DNA of 64,000 bases from Gammaproteobacteria bacterium (GTDB lineage: Bacteria > Pseudomonadota > Gammaproteobacteria > Eutrophobiales > Eutrophobiaceae): positions 2,088,370-2,152,369 of the forward strand of contig CBDEUC010000003.1 of assembly GCA_965243105.1 (NCBI GenBank), read 5' to 3'. The translations under genes and the position numbers were made by a program. A model generated the notes under the pieces. It had not been told where the DNA came from. It was given only the letters and a program-made list of their open reading frames with translations, and ran no database searches. Shown here piece after piece: positions 36,454 through 46,563 of this stretch; position 1 is the stretch's first letter, and each line of letters begins with the position of its first letter.

Positions 36454-37314
36454 CTAGCCCCAGTGCAACTTGTTTCTAAGGGTGTTGAAGTGATTGTGGT
36501 GGGCAGGGTGAATCAGGCGCACCATCCTGTCCTTCTTGCGAATTCGAACCCGGTCTGCGGCCATTAATTCGAGTACGATCTCGCCGTCGCAACTCAGCCG
36601 GGCATGGTCTATTTCCGGCGTGCCGACAACGAGATCGACAATGCTGTTGCCATCGATCACGATAGGCCTGTTGCTCAGGCTATGCGGGCATATGGGAACC
36701 AGTACCAGCGCGTCGAGGGAAGGGTGCAGGATTGGTCCCCCCCCCGAAAGCGCGTACGCAGTGGAGCCGGTCGGCGTGGATACGATCATGCCATCCGCTC
36801 GCTGGTTGTGGACGAGGGTGCCGTTAACATGGGTTTCGAGTTCAATCAGCTTTGCGATATTCCATTTCTGGATGATGACGTCATTGAACGCGTCATTCTC
36901 CATGATCACTTCACCGTTTCGATTCACCTCGCAATGCAGCTGGAAGCGAACATCCTCGACAAAATTACCATCGAGGATTTCCCCGAGCTGCTCCTCGACG
37001 CTGTCAGCAGGCACGTCAGTGAGGAAGCCCAGCCGGCCCAGGTTGATTCCCAGCAGCGGTACATCATGGTCAACAAGCAGGCTGGCGGCGCGAAGCATGG
37101 TGCCATCCCCACCTATGGCAATTGCCAGGTCACATTCCTGTGACAGTTTTTGCATATTTGCCTTTTTGAGGCCAGAATCCGGTACCAATTCCGCGCAATA
37201 TTCGTCTAATATTGGGGAAATGCCCCGCGACCCGAGGAAGCGCACCACCGTTTCAACCGTGGCCGCAATGCTGCTGGTGTCGTTGTTGGCAATTAGTATT
37301 ATTTTTTCGAACAT
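36454..37314 (-). CDS. nadK: NAD kinase
   Basis: GGDGTML motif and NE/D short motif. The start is taken at MFEKIILIANN (ATG complement of 37312-37314), because the ORF-track extension to 37389 is not conserved. Confidence 0.88.
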   Translation of the reverse strand: MFEKIILIANNDTSSIAATVETVVRFLGSRGISPILDEYCAELVPDSGLKKANMQKLSQECDLAIAIGGDGTMLRAASLLVDHDVPLLGINLGRLGFLTDVPADSVEEQLGEILDGNFVEDVRFQLHCEVNRNGEVIMENDAFNDVIIQKWNIAKLIELETHVNGTLVHNQRADGMIVSTPTGSTAYALSGGGPILHPSLDALVLVPICPHSLSNRPIVIDGNSIVDLVVGTPEIDHARLSCDGEIVLELMAADRVRIRKKDRMVRLIHPAHHNHFNTLRNKLHWG

Positions 37315-37419
37315 AAGTCGATAATATAGCGACTTGCCGGTCGAAACTAGCCCGTTTCCGGGAATCGGCCAGGTCAGGGTAATATTCAAATTAGCAGGAT
37401 TTAAGTAATAGTAACGAGT

Positions 37420-38484
37420 ATGGCTACACGGTCGATCAATGACTCAACCCAGCTGTCTGAGCGCAGCCTGAGCCTGTTCAAGGCCCTGGTGGAACATTTT
37501 ATCAAGGATGGACAACCGGTTGGCTCCCGCACCCTGGCGAGGGACAGCCGTATGCAGCTGAGCCCGGCGACCATTCGCAATACCATGGCGGATCTTGAGG
37601 ATCTCGGGCTTCTCTACTCCGCCCACACTTCTGCCGGACGTGTTCCGACCGTAAAGGGATATCGGCTTTTTATCGACTCGCTTCTCAGGGTAGGCAGCGT
37701 CAATGACCACGAGATGCGCAGGATTGCCGAGGAGCTGGACTCGCCGCAAAGCACTGACCAACTCATGGAGAGGGTGTCCTCGACCCTGTCAGAGGTCACC
37801 CGGCTTGCAGGAGTTGTGACCTTGCCGCGGGTAGAGCACAAGGCGCTCAAGCAGGTGGAGTTTGTGTCCCTCTCGCAAAACCAGGTGCTGGTTATCCTGG
37901 TGGTGAGCGACCAGGAAATTCAAAACCGCATCATTCATACCGCCCGCCAGTACACGCCTTCCGAGTTACAGCAGGCAGCGAACTTTTTAAACCATACTTT
38001 TGCAGGAAAGGACCTGCCCACGGTGAAAAAAGACCTGGTGAGCGAACTGGAGAACATGAAGTCCAACGTCAACCAGATGATGCAGACTGCAATAGAGATT
38101 GCGCAGCAGGCATTTGCCAGCGGCAATTCCGTCAATGAAAAGGACTACGTCATCTCAGGTGAAACAAACCTGATGGAAGTTGCCGAGCTCGGAGATATCG
38201 AAAAACTGAAAAAGCTCTTCGAGACATTTAACCAGAAGAAGGATGTGCTTCACCTTCTCGAGCAGGCCATCAATGCCAATGGCGTGCAAATATTTATCGG
38301 GGAAGAATCCGGCTATGACGTGTTTGATGATTGCAGTGTCGTCACATCCCCCTACGAGGTGAATGGCGAAATCATCGGTGTCCTGGGTGTCATCGGACCG
38401 ACGCGAATGAATTATGAAAAGGTCATCCCAATCGTCGATGTCACGGCGAAAATGCTGGGCTCGGCCTTGAATTCTCCGAACTGA
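37420..38484 (+). CDS. hrcA: heat-inducible transcriptional repressor HrcA
   Basis: 354-aa protein. The N-terminal winged helix (…LFKALVEHFIKDGQPVGSRTLAR…) and overall length match HrcA. It is divergent from nadK. Confidence 0.88.
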   Translation: MATRSINDSTQLSERSLSLFKALVEHFIKDGQPVGSRTLARDSRMQLSPATIRNTMADLEDLGLLYSAHTSAGRVPTVKGYRLFIDSLLRVGSVNDHEMRRIAEELDSPQSTDQLMERVSSTLSEVTRLAGVVTLPRVEHKALKQVEFVSLSQNQVLVILVVSDQEIQNRIIHTARQYTPSELQQAANFLNHTFAGKDLPTVKKDLVSELENMKSNVNQMMQTAIEIAQQAFASGNSVNEKDYVISGETNLMEVAELGDIEKLKKLFETFNQKKDVLHLLEQAINANGVQIFIGEESGYDVFDDCSVVTSPYEVNGEIIGVLGVIGPTRMNYEKVIPIVDVTAKMLGSALNSPN

Positions 38485-38564
38485 TCCCAACCTAGCTTGG
38501 GGGCATGTTTTAATGCCCAGGCAGGCCTTTTGTTCAAAGAAAACTCTTATGTCGAGGTAAACTC

Positions 38565-39152
38565 ATGGCTGTGATGCAGGAAAATGAGATGGAAAATAGT
38601 GAGGCTGAGGAAGCCCAGGCGCCTGGTGCGGCGGTAGCGGACGAGGAAGCCGTGGTGCAGGAAGAGCCGCTCGGCGAAGAAATCGGGCAGCTTGAAGAGT
38701 TGCAGCAAAAAATTGAGATACTTGAGAAGCAGTCCAGGGAAAGTATGGATACGGCGCTGAGGGCACAGGCCGAGCTCGACAATGTTCGAAAGCGTAGTAC
38801 CCGTGATATCGAGAATGCACACAAGTATGCCCTTGAGAAGCTTGCCGTGGATGTGTTGCCGGTACTGGACAGCATGGAACTTGGGGTAAGCTCGATTGAA
38901 GAATCAGTGGATAATCCCACCCTGAAAGAGGGCATGGAACTAACCCTGAAGCTGTTTCGCGACGTACTTGAAAAATACGGCATCGAGCAGGTCGAGACCG
39001 ATGGCCAGAAATTTGATCCGGAGAAGCATGAAGCCGTGTCCATGCAGGAAAAGGATGACAGTGAATCCGGGGAAATCATCTCCGTATTTCAGAAGGGCTA
39101 TACCCTCAATGGCAGGTTAATTCGTCCTGCCATGGTCGTGGTAGCCAAATAA
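38565..39152 (+). CDS. grpE: nucleotide exchange factor GrpE
   Basis: 195-aa protein with an acidic N-terminus and coiled coil. The C-terminus …ISVFQKGYTLNGRLIRPAMVVVAK is canonical. Confidence 0.93.
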   Translation: MAVMQENEMENSEAEEAQAPGAAVADEEAVVQEEPLGEEIGQLEELQQKIEILEKQSRESMDTALRAQAELDNVRKRSTRDIENAHKYALEKLAVDVLPVLDSMELGVSSIEESVDNPTLKEGMELTLKLFRDVLEKYGIEQVETDGQKFDPEKHEAVSMQEKDDSESGEIISVFQKGYTLNGRLIRPAMVVVAK

Positions 39153-39261
39153 ATAATTAAAAAACAATCACTTGTGAGATACCCGGCACATCCGCCGGGT
39201 GAGATGCGGTGCCGGGACATGGCGCTTCGGCCACCCGGTCCGATTAATTACCGTGCTGGCT

Positions 39262-39290
39262 CTTGAAATCCCGGTAGCCCACCCAAATAT
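39262..39290 (+). promoter_or_regulatory. Putative sigma-32 (RpoH) heat-shock promoter for dnaK
   Basis: CTTGAAA-N13-CCCAAATAT matches the sigma-32 consensus CTTGAAA-N13/14-CCCCATNT. It lies about 100 bp upstream of the dnaK ATG. Confidence 0.5.
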
Positions 39291-39397
39291 AGGCTGTCAC
39301 CAGTTTTTTTATTTTTGAATCAACGTTATGGGAAAACCGGGCTGATGTTTCAATGAACATCAAATCGGCCCCAGATTAGTAACCCTGGAGAGACATT

Positions 39398-41329
39398 ATG
39401 GGAAAGATAATTGGAATTGACCTTGGAACGACCAACTCCTGTGTAGCACTACTGGAAGGTGGCCAGGCCAAGGTTATAGAAAACAGCGAAGGAGGCAGGA
39501 CTACCCCGTCTATCGTGGCATTTTCTGACGATGACGAAGTGCTTGTTGGAATGTCTGCCAAGCGTCAGGCCGTGACAAACCCGGCGAATACCCTTTTCGC
39601 TGTCAAGCGACTGGTCGGTCGACGCTTTGAAGATGATGTTGTGCAAAAAGACATCAACATGGTGCCTTATTCCATTATCAAGGCTGACAACGGCGATGCC
39701 TGGGTGGAAGCCCGTGGCAAGAAGATGGCGCCACCGGAAGTTTCCGCCAGGGTGCTGCAAAAGATGAAGAAGACTGCCGAGGACTACCTTGGAGAGGACG
39801 TCACTGAGGCCGTTATTACCGTTCCTGCCTATTTTAATGACTCCCAGCGCCAGGCTACCAAGGACGCCGGTCGTATTGCCGGGCTTGATGTTCGCAGGAT
39901 CATCAATGAGCCTACAGCGGCCGCACTTGCCTACGGCATGGACAAGAAGCATGGTGATTCCAAGATCGCAGTCTATGACCTCGGTGGTGGTACCTTTGAT
40001 ATCTCTATCATTGAAATTGCCGAGATTGACGGCGAGCACCAGTTCGAAGTGCTTTCCACCAACGGCGACACCTTCCTTGGTGGCGAGGACTTTGACCTCA
40101 GGATCATTGATTTTCTCTGTGATGAATTTAAGAAAGAGCAGGGTGTTGACCTGCACAATGATCCGCTGGCCTTGCAGCGTTTAAAGGAAGCTGCGGAAAA
40201 GGCCAAGATTGAGCTTTCCTCGTCACAGCAGACGGATATCAACCTGCCGTATGTAACAGCAGATGCAAGCGGTCCAAAGCACCTGAATATCAAGTTGAGC
40301 CGTGCCAAGCTGGAATCCCTGGTCGAAGACCTGGTAGAGCGAACCGTCGCTCCCTGTGAAACGGCCTTGAAGGATGCCGGACTTTCCAAGTCGGACATCA
40401 CGGATGTGATCCTGGTGGGTGGACAGACACGTATGCCCAAGGTACAGGAAACCGTTGAAAAGTTGTTTGGCAAGGAGCCCCGCAAGGACGTTAACCCTGA
40501 TGAGGCAGTTGCCTCGGGTGCAGCTATCCAGGCCGGCGTGCTTGGCGGTGATGTGAAAGACGTCCTGTTGCTTGATGTGACACCGCTGTCACTGGGTATT
40601 GAAACCCTTGGTGGCGTGATGACCAAGCTCATCGAGAAGAACACGACGATTCCGACAAAGGCGCAGCAGGTATTTTCCACCGCTGACGATGGACAAACTG
40701 CCGTCACGGTTCACGTGCTGCAGGGTGAGCGTGAAATGGCCGAAGGGAACAAGTCCCTGGGACGTTTTGACCTGGCCGATATACCACCGGCTCCGAGGGG
40801 TGTACCCCAGATCGAGGTTGCCTTTGATATTGATGCTAACGGTATTCTTAACGTGTCTGCCACCGATAAGGCGACGGGCAAGGAACAGTCCATTGTCATC
40901 AAGGCCTCCAGTGGTCTCTCGGATGAAGAAATCGACAAGATGGTGAAGGATGCCGAGACTCATGCTGAAGAGGATCGCAAGGCCAGGGAAATGGTGGAAA
41001 CCCGTAACATGGCCGAGCAGATGATCCATGCGACCAACAAGTCACTGGAAGATCTTGGTGACCAGGTTGAAGAGCAGGAGAAAAAGGACATCGAGGCGGC
41101 CATCGCCGAGCTTGAAGAAGCGGTGAAAGGCGATGACAAGGAAGCCATCGAGGAAAAAACAAAGGCCCTCACTGAAGTGGCCGGCAAGCTGGCCGAGCGT
41201 GCCTATGCCCAGGCGAATGAGCAGCAGGGTGCTGCTGGTCCCGAGGCAGCCGCGGAAGCCGGTGATGCCCCCGCGGATGACAATGTCGTTGATGCCGAGT
41301 TCGAGGAGGTTGATGACGATAAGAAGTAA
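39398..41329 (+). CDS. dnaK: molecular chaperone DnaK (Hsp70)
   Basis: [17 protein letters not shown]…, 643 aa, canonical. Confidence 0.97.
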   Translation: MGKIIGIDLGTTNSCVALLEGGQAKVIENSEGGRTTPSIVAFSDDDEVLVGMSAKRQAVTNPANTLFAVKRLVGRRFEDDVVQKDINMVPYSIIKADNGDAWVEARGKKMAPPEVSARVLQKMKKTAEDYLGEDVTEAVITVPAYFNDSQRQATKDAGRIAGLDVRRIINEPTAAALAYGMDKKHGDSKIAVYDLGGGTFDISIIEIAEIDGEHQFEVLSTNGDTFLGGEDFDLRIIDFLCDEFKKEQGVDLHNDPLALQRLKEAAEKAKIELSSSQQTDINLPYVTADASGPKHLNIKLSRAKLESLVEDLVERTVAPCETALKDAGLSKSDITDVILVGGQTRMPKVQETVEKLFGKEPRKDVNPDEAVASGAAIQAGVLGGDVKDVLLLDVTPLSLGIETLGGVMTKLIEKNTTIPTKAQQVFSTADDGQTAVTVHVLQGEREMAEGNKSLGRFDLADIPPAPRGVPQIEVAFDIDANGILNVSATDKATGKEQSIVIKASSGLSDEEIDKMVKDAETHAEEDRKAREMVETRNMAEQMIHATNKSLEDLGDQVEEQEKKDIEAAIAELEEAVKGDDKEAIEEKTKALTEVAGKLAERAYAQANEQQGAAGPEAAAEAGDAPADDNVVDAEFEEVDDDKK

Positions 41330-41472
41330 CTGATACTGGAACTGCTTTTCACCAGGCAGTTCCAGTTGTTTTTATTGCCACCCGGGTGAGAGAACGCGTG
41401 GCGAAGTATGTTCATGGCCTGGCAGGCTGAACCCCTGCCAGGCTTGTTTGCGACTAGAGAAGTGAAATAAGC

Positions 41473-42603
41473 ATGGCAAAAAAAGACTACTACGAGGTCC
41501 TTGGTGTTTCAAAGAACGCCACTGACGATGAATTGAAAAAGGCTTATCGTCGCCTTGCGATGAAGTATCACCCTGATCGCAACCCCGATGACAAGAGCGC
41601 CGAAGAGAAGTTTAAAGAAGCCAAGGAGGCGCACGACATACTGTCCGATTCGCAGAAACGAGCCGCCTACGACCAGTTTGGCCATGCAGGTGTTGATGGT
41701 GGCATGGGCGGTATGGGTGGCGGCGCCGGTGCTGCTGGTTTCGGGGACATCTTTGACAGTGTTTTTGGTGATATTTTTGGCGGAGGTGCACGCGGTGGTG
41801 AAAGAGTTTATCGCGGTGCGGACCTGCGCTATGAACTCGGACTGACGCTGGAGGAGGCGGTTGCCGGGACGACGGTTAAAATCCGCGTTCCAAAGCACGT
41901 GGAGTGTGGCACCTGCGAAGGTAGCGGCGCAAAAAAGGGAACCGAACCGGTAAATTGCACTACGTGTAACGGCATCGGACAGGTACGAATGCAGCAGGGT
42001 TTTTTCTCAGTCCAGCAAACCTGTCCACAGTGCAAGGGTACGGGAAAAATGATCAGCGATCCCTGTACAACCTGCAGGGGCCAGGGAAGAGTTCGTGATA
42101 ACAAGACCATATCTGTAAAAGTCCCACCCGGAGTAGATACTGGTGATCGCATTCGACTTTCCGGTGAAGGTGAAGCCGGGCAAAACCGCGGTCCGTCCGG
42201 CGATCTTTACGTGGATGTCTCGGTCAAGGATCATCCAATATTTGTCAGGGATGGCTCAAACCTGCACTGTGATGTGCCTGTAAGCTTTGCTACGGCGACC
42301 CTGGGCGGCGAGTTTGAAGTGCCAACCCTGGACGGCCGGGTCAAGTTGAAAATCCCGCCGGAGAGCCAGACGGGCAAACTTTTTCGGCTTCGAGGCAAGG
42401 GCGTGAAATCCGTTCGAGCATCCAGCAAGGGAGACTTGCTTTGTCGCATCGTGGTAGAGACGCCGGTCAACCTGAACAAGAAGCAAAAGGATCTGCTACG
42501 TCAATTTGAGCAGGCGATGGATGAAGATAGCAAGGAGCACCGCCCGCAGGCCAGTTCCTGGCTCGATGGAGTAAAGAATTTTTTTGACAATATGACCCAG
42601 TAA
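41473..42603 (+). CDS. dnaJ: co-chaperone DnaJ
   Basis: J-domain with HPD (YHPDRNP), a G/F region, and four CxxCxGxG zinc-finger repeats. 376 aa. Confidence 0.95.
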   Translation: MAKKDYYEVLGVSKNATDDELKKAYRRLAMKYHPDRNPDDKSAEEKFKEAKEAHDILSDSQKRAAYDQFGHAGVDGGMGGMGGGAGAAGFGDIFDSVFGDIFGGGARGGERVYRGADLRYELGLTLEEAVAGTTVKIRVPKHVECGTCEGSGAKKGTEPVNCTTCNGIGQVRMQQGFFSVQQTCPQCKGTGKMISDPCTTCRGQGRVRDNKTISVKVPPGVDTGDRIRLSGEGEAGQNRGPSGDLYVDVSVKDHPIFVRDGSNLHCDVPVSFATATLGGEFEVPTLDGRVKLKIPPESQTGKLFRLRGKGVKSVRASSKGDLLCRIVVETPVNLNKKQKDLLRQFEQAMDEDSKEHRPQASSWLDGVKNFFDNMTQ

Positions 42604-42677
42604 ACCAGGCCGGGCTGGAATACTGGCAAGAATCGCATTAGTCTTTGGGTCATATTCCACACGGGAAGAAAACAAAA

Positions 42678-43478
42678 ATGGTAAGAGTAGGGGTTTGTGG
42701 CGCTGCTGGCAGAATGGGAAAAACCATTATCGAAGTGTGTGACGCCAGTGACGGAGTCAAGCTGGGCGCAGCAATTGAGCACCCCGACTCGCCCGCCCTG
42801 GGCCAGGATGCCGGGCTGCTTGCCGGGACAGGTGAATGTGGTGTCAATATTGTTGCTGACATTGAAGAGGTTGCTGACGATTTTGATGTCCTGATTGACT
42901 TCACTTTTGCTGATGCAACCATTGGAAATCTTCTTAAATGCCGCGCTCTGAAAAAGCGCATGGTCATAGGTACAACCGGACTCAACCAGGAACAGCAGGA
43001 CGAGATCGCAAGCGCGGCCGAAGACTGTGCTGTGGTTTTTGCTCCGAATATGAGTATCGGTGTGAACCTGTGTTTTAAATTAATTGAACTTGCGGCACAG
43101 ATAATTGGTGAGGATACCGATATCGAGATTATCGAGGCCCACCATAATCAGAAAAAAGATGCACCTTCCGGCACCGCGGTGAAGATGGGTGAAATTGTCG
43201 CCGAAGCGCTGGGTCGCAATTTGAAAGAATGCGCGGTGTACGGCAGGGAAGGCATTGGGGATGTTCGGGACCGCAAGACCATCGGCTTTGAGACAATTCG
43301 AGCCGGCGATATCGTGGGGGATCATACCGTGATGTTTGCCTCGGCTGGAGAAAGGGTTGAGATCACTCACAAGGCATCAAGCCGAAAAACATTTGCCAGT
43401 GGCGCAGTGCGCGCAGCCAGGTGGATCGTGCAGCATGACTCCGGGTTGTTTGATATGCAGGATGTGCTGGGCCTGTGA
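42678..43478 (+). CDS. dapB: 4-hydroxy-tetrahydrodipicolinate reductase
   Basis: [18 protein letters not shown]… is a Rossmann N-terminus, and [15 protein letters not shown] is the DapB signature. The start is taken at ATG 42678 (RBS GGAAG). dnaJ-dapB linkage as in Pseudomonas. Confidence 0.9.
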   Translation: MVRVGVCGAAGRMGKTIIEVCDASDGVKLGAAIEHPDSPALGQDAGLLAGTGECGVNIVADIEEVADDFDVLIDFTFADATIGNLLKCRALKKRMVIGTTGLNQEQQDEIASAAEDCAVVFAPNMSIGVNLCFKLIELAAQIIGEDTDIEIIEAHHNQKKDAPSGTAVKMGEIVAEALGRNLKECAVYGREGIGDVRDRKTIGFETIRAGDIVGDHTVMFASAGERVEITHKASSRKTFASGAVRAARWIVQHDSGLFDMQDVLGL

Positions 43479-43972
43479 CGACTGATGCGCCACTAAAACT
43501 TCATTCGGAAACCATTCTCCCTGGCTGGATAGATTACAACGGTCACATGAACGTGGCCTATTATGTACTGGTATTTGACCACGCCACCGACGCTTTCCTG
43601 GATTATATCGGCCTGACCGATAGCCACCGTGCACAAAACCAGTCCTCCACTTTTGCGGCAGAGCTTCACGTCAACTACATTCGCGAAGTCCGGGAAGGTG
43701 ACGAGGTCGAGGTGACGACACAACTTCTCGGGTACGACGAAAAACGTTTCCACTATTTTCACCAGATGTATCACAAGGGCGAAGGATGGCTATCAGCGAG
43801 CAACGAGGTGATGAGCCTGCACATGGATATGTCCGTGCGCAGGGTAGCGCCGATGCCCGGGGACATCCTGGAGAAGCTGGCAGATATTGCGAATGCCCAT
43901 GATAAATTACCCATACCGGAAAACGTCGGAAGGAAAATGGCAATAAAGTCCCGGCCCAATCAGCAAGGCTAA
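43475..43972 (+). CDS. hotdog-fold acyl-CoA thioesterase (4HBT/YbgC-like)
   Basis: 165-aa protein …[24 protein letters not shown]…, a 4HBT-family pattern. It overlaps the dapB stop by 4 nt. Confidence 0.7.
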   Translation: MTTDAPLKLHSETILPGWIDYNGHMNVAYYVLVFDHATDAFLDYIGLTDSHRAQNQSSTFAAELHVNYIREVREGDEVEVTTQLLGYDEKRFHYFHQMYHKGEGWLSASNEVMSLHMDMSVRRVAPMPGDILEKLADIANAHDKLPIPENVGRKMAIKSRPNQQG

Positions 43973-44018
43973 TTCTCATCACGCACCCGGGCTTATCTCT
44001 TCGCATGGCTGAAAAACT

Positions 44019-44576
44019 ATGGAACAGGTACAAGAGCTGAGTTCGTCGGAGTCCCTTCAACATGTCCTTGCCAGGTGCCATTCGCAACTGGACGAATTAT
44101 TCCTGCAACACCAGGAATCCCTGCTGCAGGGAAAACTCGAGGAAGCCCTGTTTTTGCTTGAAATATACTGGTCCTGTCATTCTCTTCATTCCGAGTTTGA
44201 AGATGAGGAAATATTTCCCGTTTATCGGGAATTACCCCGCCCGGGTCGCTGGGATGCAACTTTATATGATAAGGAACATCAAAAAATTAACGATCTTTAC
44301 GAGACACTGCGAAGCTCAATTACTACACTGTTAGATAGGGCCTTGAAAGGCTCTGAATTGAGACGCGGTATCATCCAGTTGATGGACAGGGAAAAGAGTT
44401 TTAAAGGCCTTTGTGAACATCACCAGGAAAGAGAGGAGCAGTCACTGCTTGTGGAGCTCGATACCCAGGCTGACAGTGACTGGAAGATGAATACGATAGG
44501 AAAATTTTCAGATCTGTGGGAAGCGCATTTTGCAGAAAGTGTCCGTTTGATTAATCGTGGAGCAGGTGGTGAATAA
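44019..44576 (+). CDS. hypothetical protein, hemerythrin-like (HHE cation-binding motif pattern)
   Basis: 185-aa protein with spaced H…HxxE and H…HxxxE pairs: H21/H31/E33, H54/H57/E61, and a C-terminal HHQEREE. It is the first gene of a five-gene coupled operon. Confidence 0.4.
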   Translation: MEQVQELSSSESLQHVLARCHSQLDELFLQHQESLLQGKLEEALFLLEIYWSCHSLHSEFEDEEIFPVYRELPRPGRWDATLYDKEHQKINDLYETLRSSITTLLDRALKGSELRRGIIQLMDREKSFKGLCEHHQEREEQSLLVELDTQADSDWKMNTIGKFSDLWEAHFAESVRLINRGAGGE

Positions 44577-45343
44577 TGCTTTATAAAGTAGAAGCGAAAC
44601 TCTCGTTGAGTAGTTACAAATATGCTTTGAAACTGTTCGGACTAATTTCCATTCTCCTGTTTTCCAATGCACAGGCCATGGAAAAAGACTGGAGTGAGGA
44701 CGCCTGTTCCCTTGATTCATCCGAACAGTTCAATCACCAGGATTTTGTTCCGGATTCCTGGTTTGCCTCCTCGGCTGCCAGCGAGGCGGAACTGCAATCC
44801 GAAGTGAGTAGCATTGAGTCCGAGGACGGGGTTTACAGCCCTCGACTCGTGCCCACGCTAATCAGCATGGGTGCCCTGGCCCAGGAGAACAGTAATCACA
44901 CCCAGGCTGCGCAAAACTATGAGCGAGCACTATATATCGTACGTGCCAATGATGGCCTTTACAGCACGCAGCAGCTACCCATCCTGGACAGGATGATAGA
45001 GAGTAATACGGCCAGCGGAAACTGGAAAAGTGTCGCCAATTCCTACGACATGATGAACTGGCTTTACAAGCGAAATTTCAGCGAAACCGATCCGCGTCAG
45101 CTGAAAAGTCTCAAGCGCATCAGGCGCTGGTACATGGAAGCTTACAACAAGGATATTGATCGTACACTGGAAGTGCTGTTTCGAAGTGCAGAGGAAACCT
45201 ACGACAGGGGTATTAAGATCATGTGGGAGTGTACCAATGGTGATTCTGCAAAGTCTCTTTGCCTGTGGCATAAGTCGTGCTGCGCAAGCGGAGATGATGG
45301 CCAGGATGTTTGCCCGCTGGATGTGAAGCTAGAGCGCAGGTAA
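44576..45343 (+). CDS. hypothetical secreted protein, Cys-rich C-terminus
   Basis: 255-aa protein with an N-terminal hydrophobic signal-like segment (…LFGLISILLFSNAQA) and a C-terminal CTNGDSAKSLCLWHKSCCASGDDGQDVCP. It overlaps the upstream stop by 1 nt. Confidence 0.45.
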   Translation: MLYKVEAKLSLSSYKYALKLFGLISILLFSNAQAMEKDWSEDACSLDSSEQFNHQDFVPDSWFASSAASEAELQSEVSSIESEDGVYSPRLVPTLISMGALAQENSNHTQAAQNYERALYIVRANDGLYSTQQLPILDRMIESNTASGNWKSVANSYDMMNWLYKRNFSETDPRQLKSLKRIRRWYMEAYNKDIDRTLEVLFRSAEETYDRGIKIMWECTNGDSAKSLCLWHKSCCASGDDGQDVCPLDVKLERR

Positions 45344-45370
45344 TGAGTAGCAATATTTAATACCGAAGCA

Positions 45371-45946
45371 ATGACGATAAAAGCAAAACTTGTCGTAGTG
45401 ATTTTTCTTGGCTTGTACTTGTCTTCTACTCACGCCGAAGAGGAATCTTTTGTGGATGCCCAGTGGAAGGTTTACCAGGCAACCATGCACTACGCCTCTG
45501 AATTTTCCTTTTACAACTGCGAGGCCATGGAAAGCAAGTTGAGAAAGCTACTGGTCCTGCTTGGGGCGCGCTACGACGTGAGGGTTGAGACAGAGTGTTT
45601 GAATAACATGGTTCGAGGAAGAGTCTCACCCCTGGGGCAGCGATTCCATTTTGTCAGACTGGCCTTTGCATTACCTGTTCCTGCAGACAAGGAAGACCTG
45701 TCACGGGAAGTGTTTCCAGCACGTTGGCAAGACGCTCGAATCAGTGGAACCCAGGCCAGGTATCTGAATGGTGGAGACTGTGAATTGGTCAGGACGTTTA
45801 TTGATCAAATATTGCCTTTTCTTAAGGTGCGAAACAAGAGTGGTGCCATGGAATGTTTTGCCGTGCAACGCACCGCATCAAGGCTCAGGTCGCGAATGCA
45901 TGCACTGATACCGCTTAATGAAGAAGATCGACAGGTAATAAAGTGA
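45371..45946 (+). CDS. hypothetical secreted protein, paralog A of a tandem pair with four conserved Cys
   Basis: 191-aa protein with signal peptide MTIKAKLVVVIFLGLYLSSTHA. It shares AQWKVYQ, LRKLLVLLGARYDVRVE, FALPVP, EVFPARWQDARISG and GGDCELV blocks with the next gene. Confidence 0.5.
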   Translation: MTIKAKLVVVIFLGLYLSSTHAEEESFVDAQWKVYQATMHYASEFSFYNCEAMESKLRKLLVLLGARYDVRVETECLNNMVRGRVSPLGQRFHFVRLAFALPVPADKEDLSREVFPARWQDARISGTQARYLNGGDCELVRTFIDQILPFLKVRNKSGAMECFAVQRTASRLRSRMHALIPLNEEDRQVIK

Positions 45947-46563
45947 TGGCAAATATCCAACGTGGTGTTCCATCGTCTGTAACATGGAGGATAATGATCT
46001 TATCGCTGGTCATCAGCGCAATGCCGGGGCCAGGTTCCGTGCTGGCTGAAGCAGCACCGGTAGAAGCACAGTGGGAAGTTTACCAGGTGAGATTTCGCTA
46101 TACCGGCATGTCTTCTCATTATACTTGCCAGGGTATGGAGAATACCCTGAAAAGATTGCTGAGGTTGATTGGCGCCAGGGATGACATGCGGGTCGAGGCC
46201 AGGTGCTCTTCTTTCAGTCGCATAGAGCGTTTCCAGCGTGTAAACATGGCATTCGCCCTGCCGGTACCCCGGGATACAACGGATATTTCTGATGAAGTAT
46301 TTCCTGCTGAGTGGCAGGAGGTGAGAGTGTCCGGGGTTTCCAGTCGTTACCTTGACGATGGCGATTGTGAGTTACTTGAGGAATTCGAAAGACAGGTAAT
46401 GCCAAAACTCAATATAGAAAATACAGGTAGAAAAATACGCTGTGTGCCCTTTAAGCGAGAATTTAATCGTGTCAATTTACGCGTAAAGGCACTTATAGCC
46501 CAGGAACAACCTGAGCTGGAAGAAAGACCCCCACTGGATATAACAGAAGACGATAAAGAATAA
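45943..46563 (+). CDS. hypothetical secreted protein, paralog B of the tandem pair
   Basis: 206-aa protein with a signal peptide. It overlaps the paralog A stop by 4 nt. It shares the blocks AQWEVYQ, LKRLLRLIGARDDMRVE, FALPVP, EVFPAEWQEVRVSG and DGDCELL. Confidence 0.5.
   Translation: MMANIQRGVPSSVTWRIMILSLVISAMPGPGSVLAEAAPVEAQWEVYQVRFRYTGMSSHYTCQGMENTLKRLLRLIGARDDMRVEARCSSFSRIERFQRVNMAFALPVPRDTTDISDEVFPAEWQEVRVSGVSSRYLDDGDCELLEEFERQVMPKLNIENTGRKIRCVPFKREFNRVNLRVKALIAQEQPELEERPPLDITEDDKE

Noticed and set aside
36536-37324. 262-aa plus-strand ORF antisense to nadK, and 179-aa ORF 36604..37143
   Set aside because: They are antisense to the NAD kinase frame, which has the canonical GGDGT motif. 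The translations are low-complexity, rich in Ser/Arg/Thr.
37390-37420. Searched for a CIRCE element (TTAGCACTC-N9-GAGTGCTAA) upstream of hrcA/grpE/dnaK
   Set aside because: Only a partial TTAGCAGGA match is present, with no inverted partner. It is not called.
38534-39079. 181-aa minus-strand ORF and the 85- and 91-aa ORFs antisense to grpE
   Set aside because: They are antisense to canonical GrpE, with Ser/Cys-rich nonsense translation.
39449-41029. Several 146-244 aa minus-strand ORFs inside dnaK
   Set aside because: They are antisense to DnaK, high-GC shadow frames.
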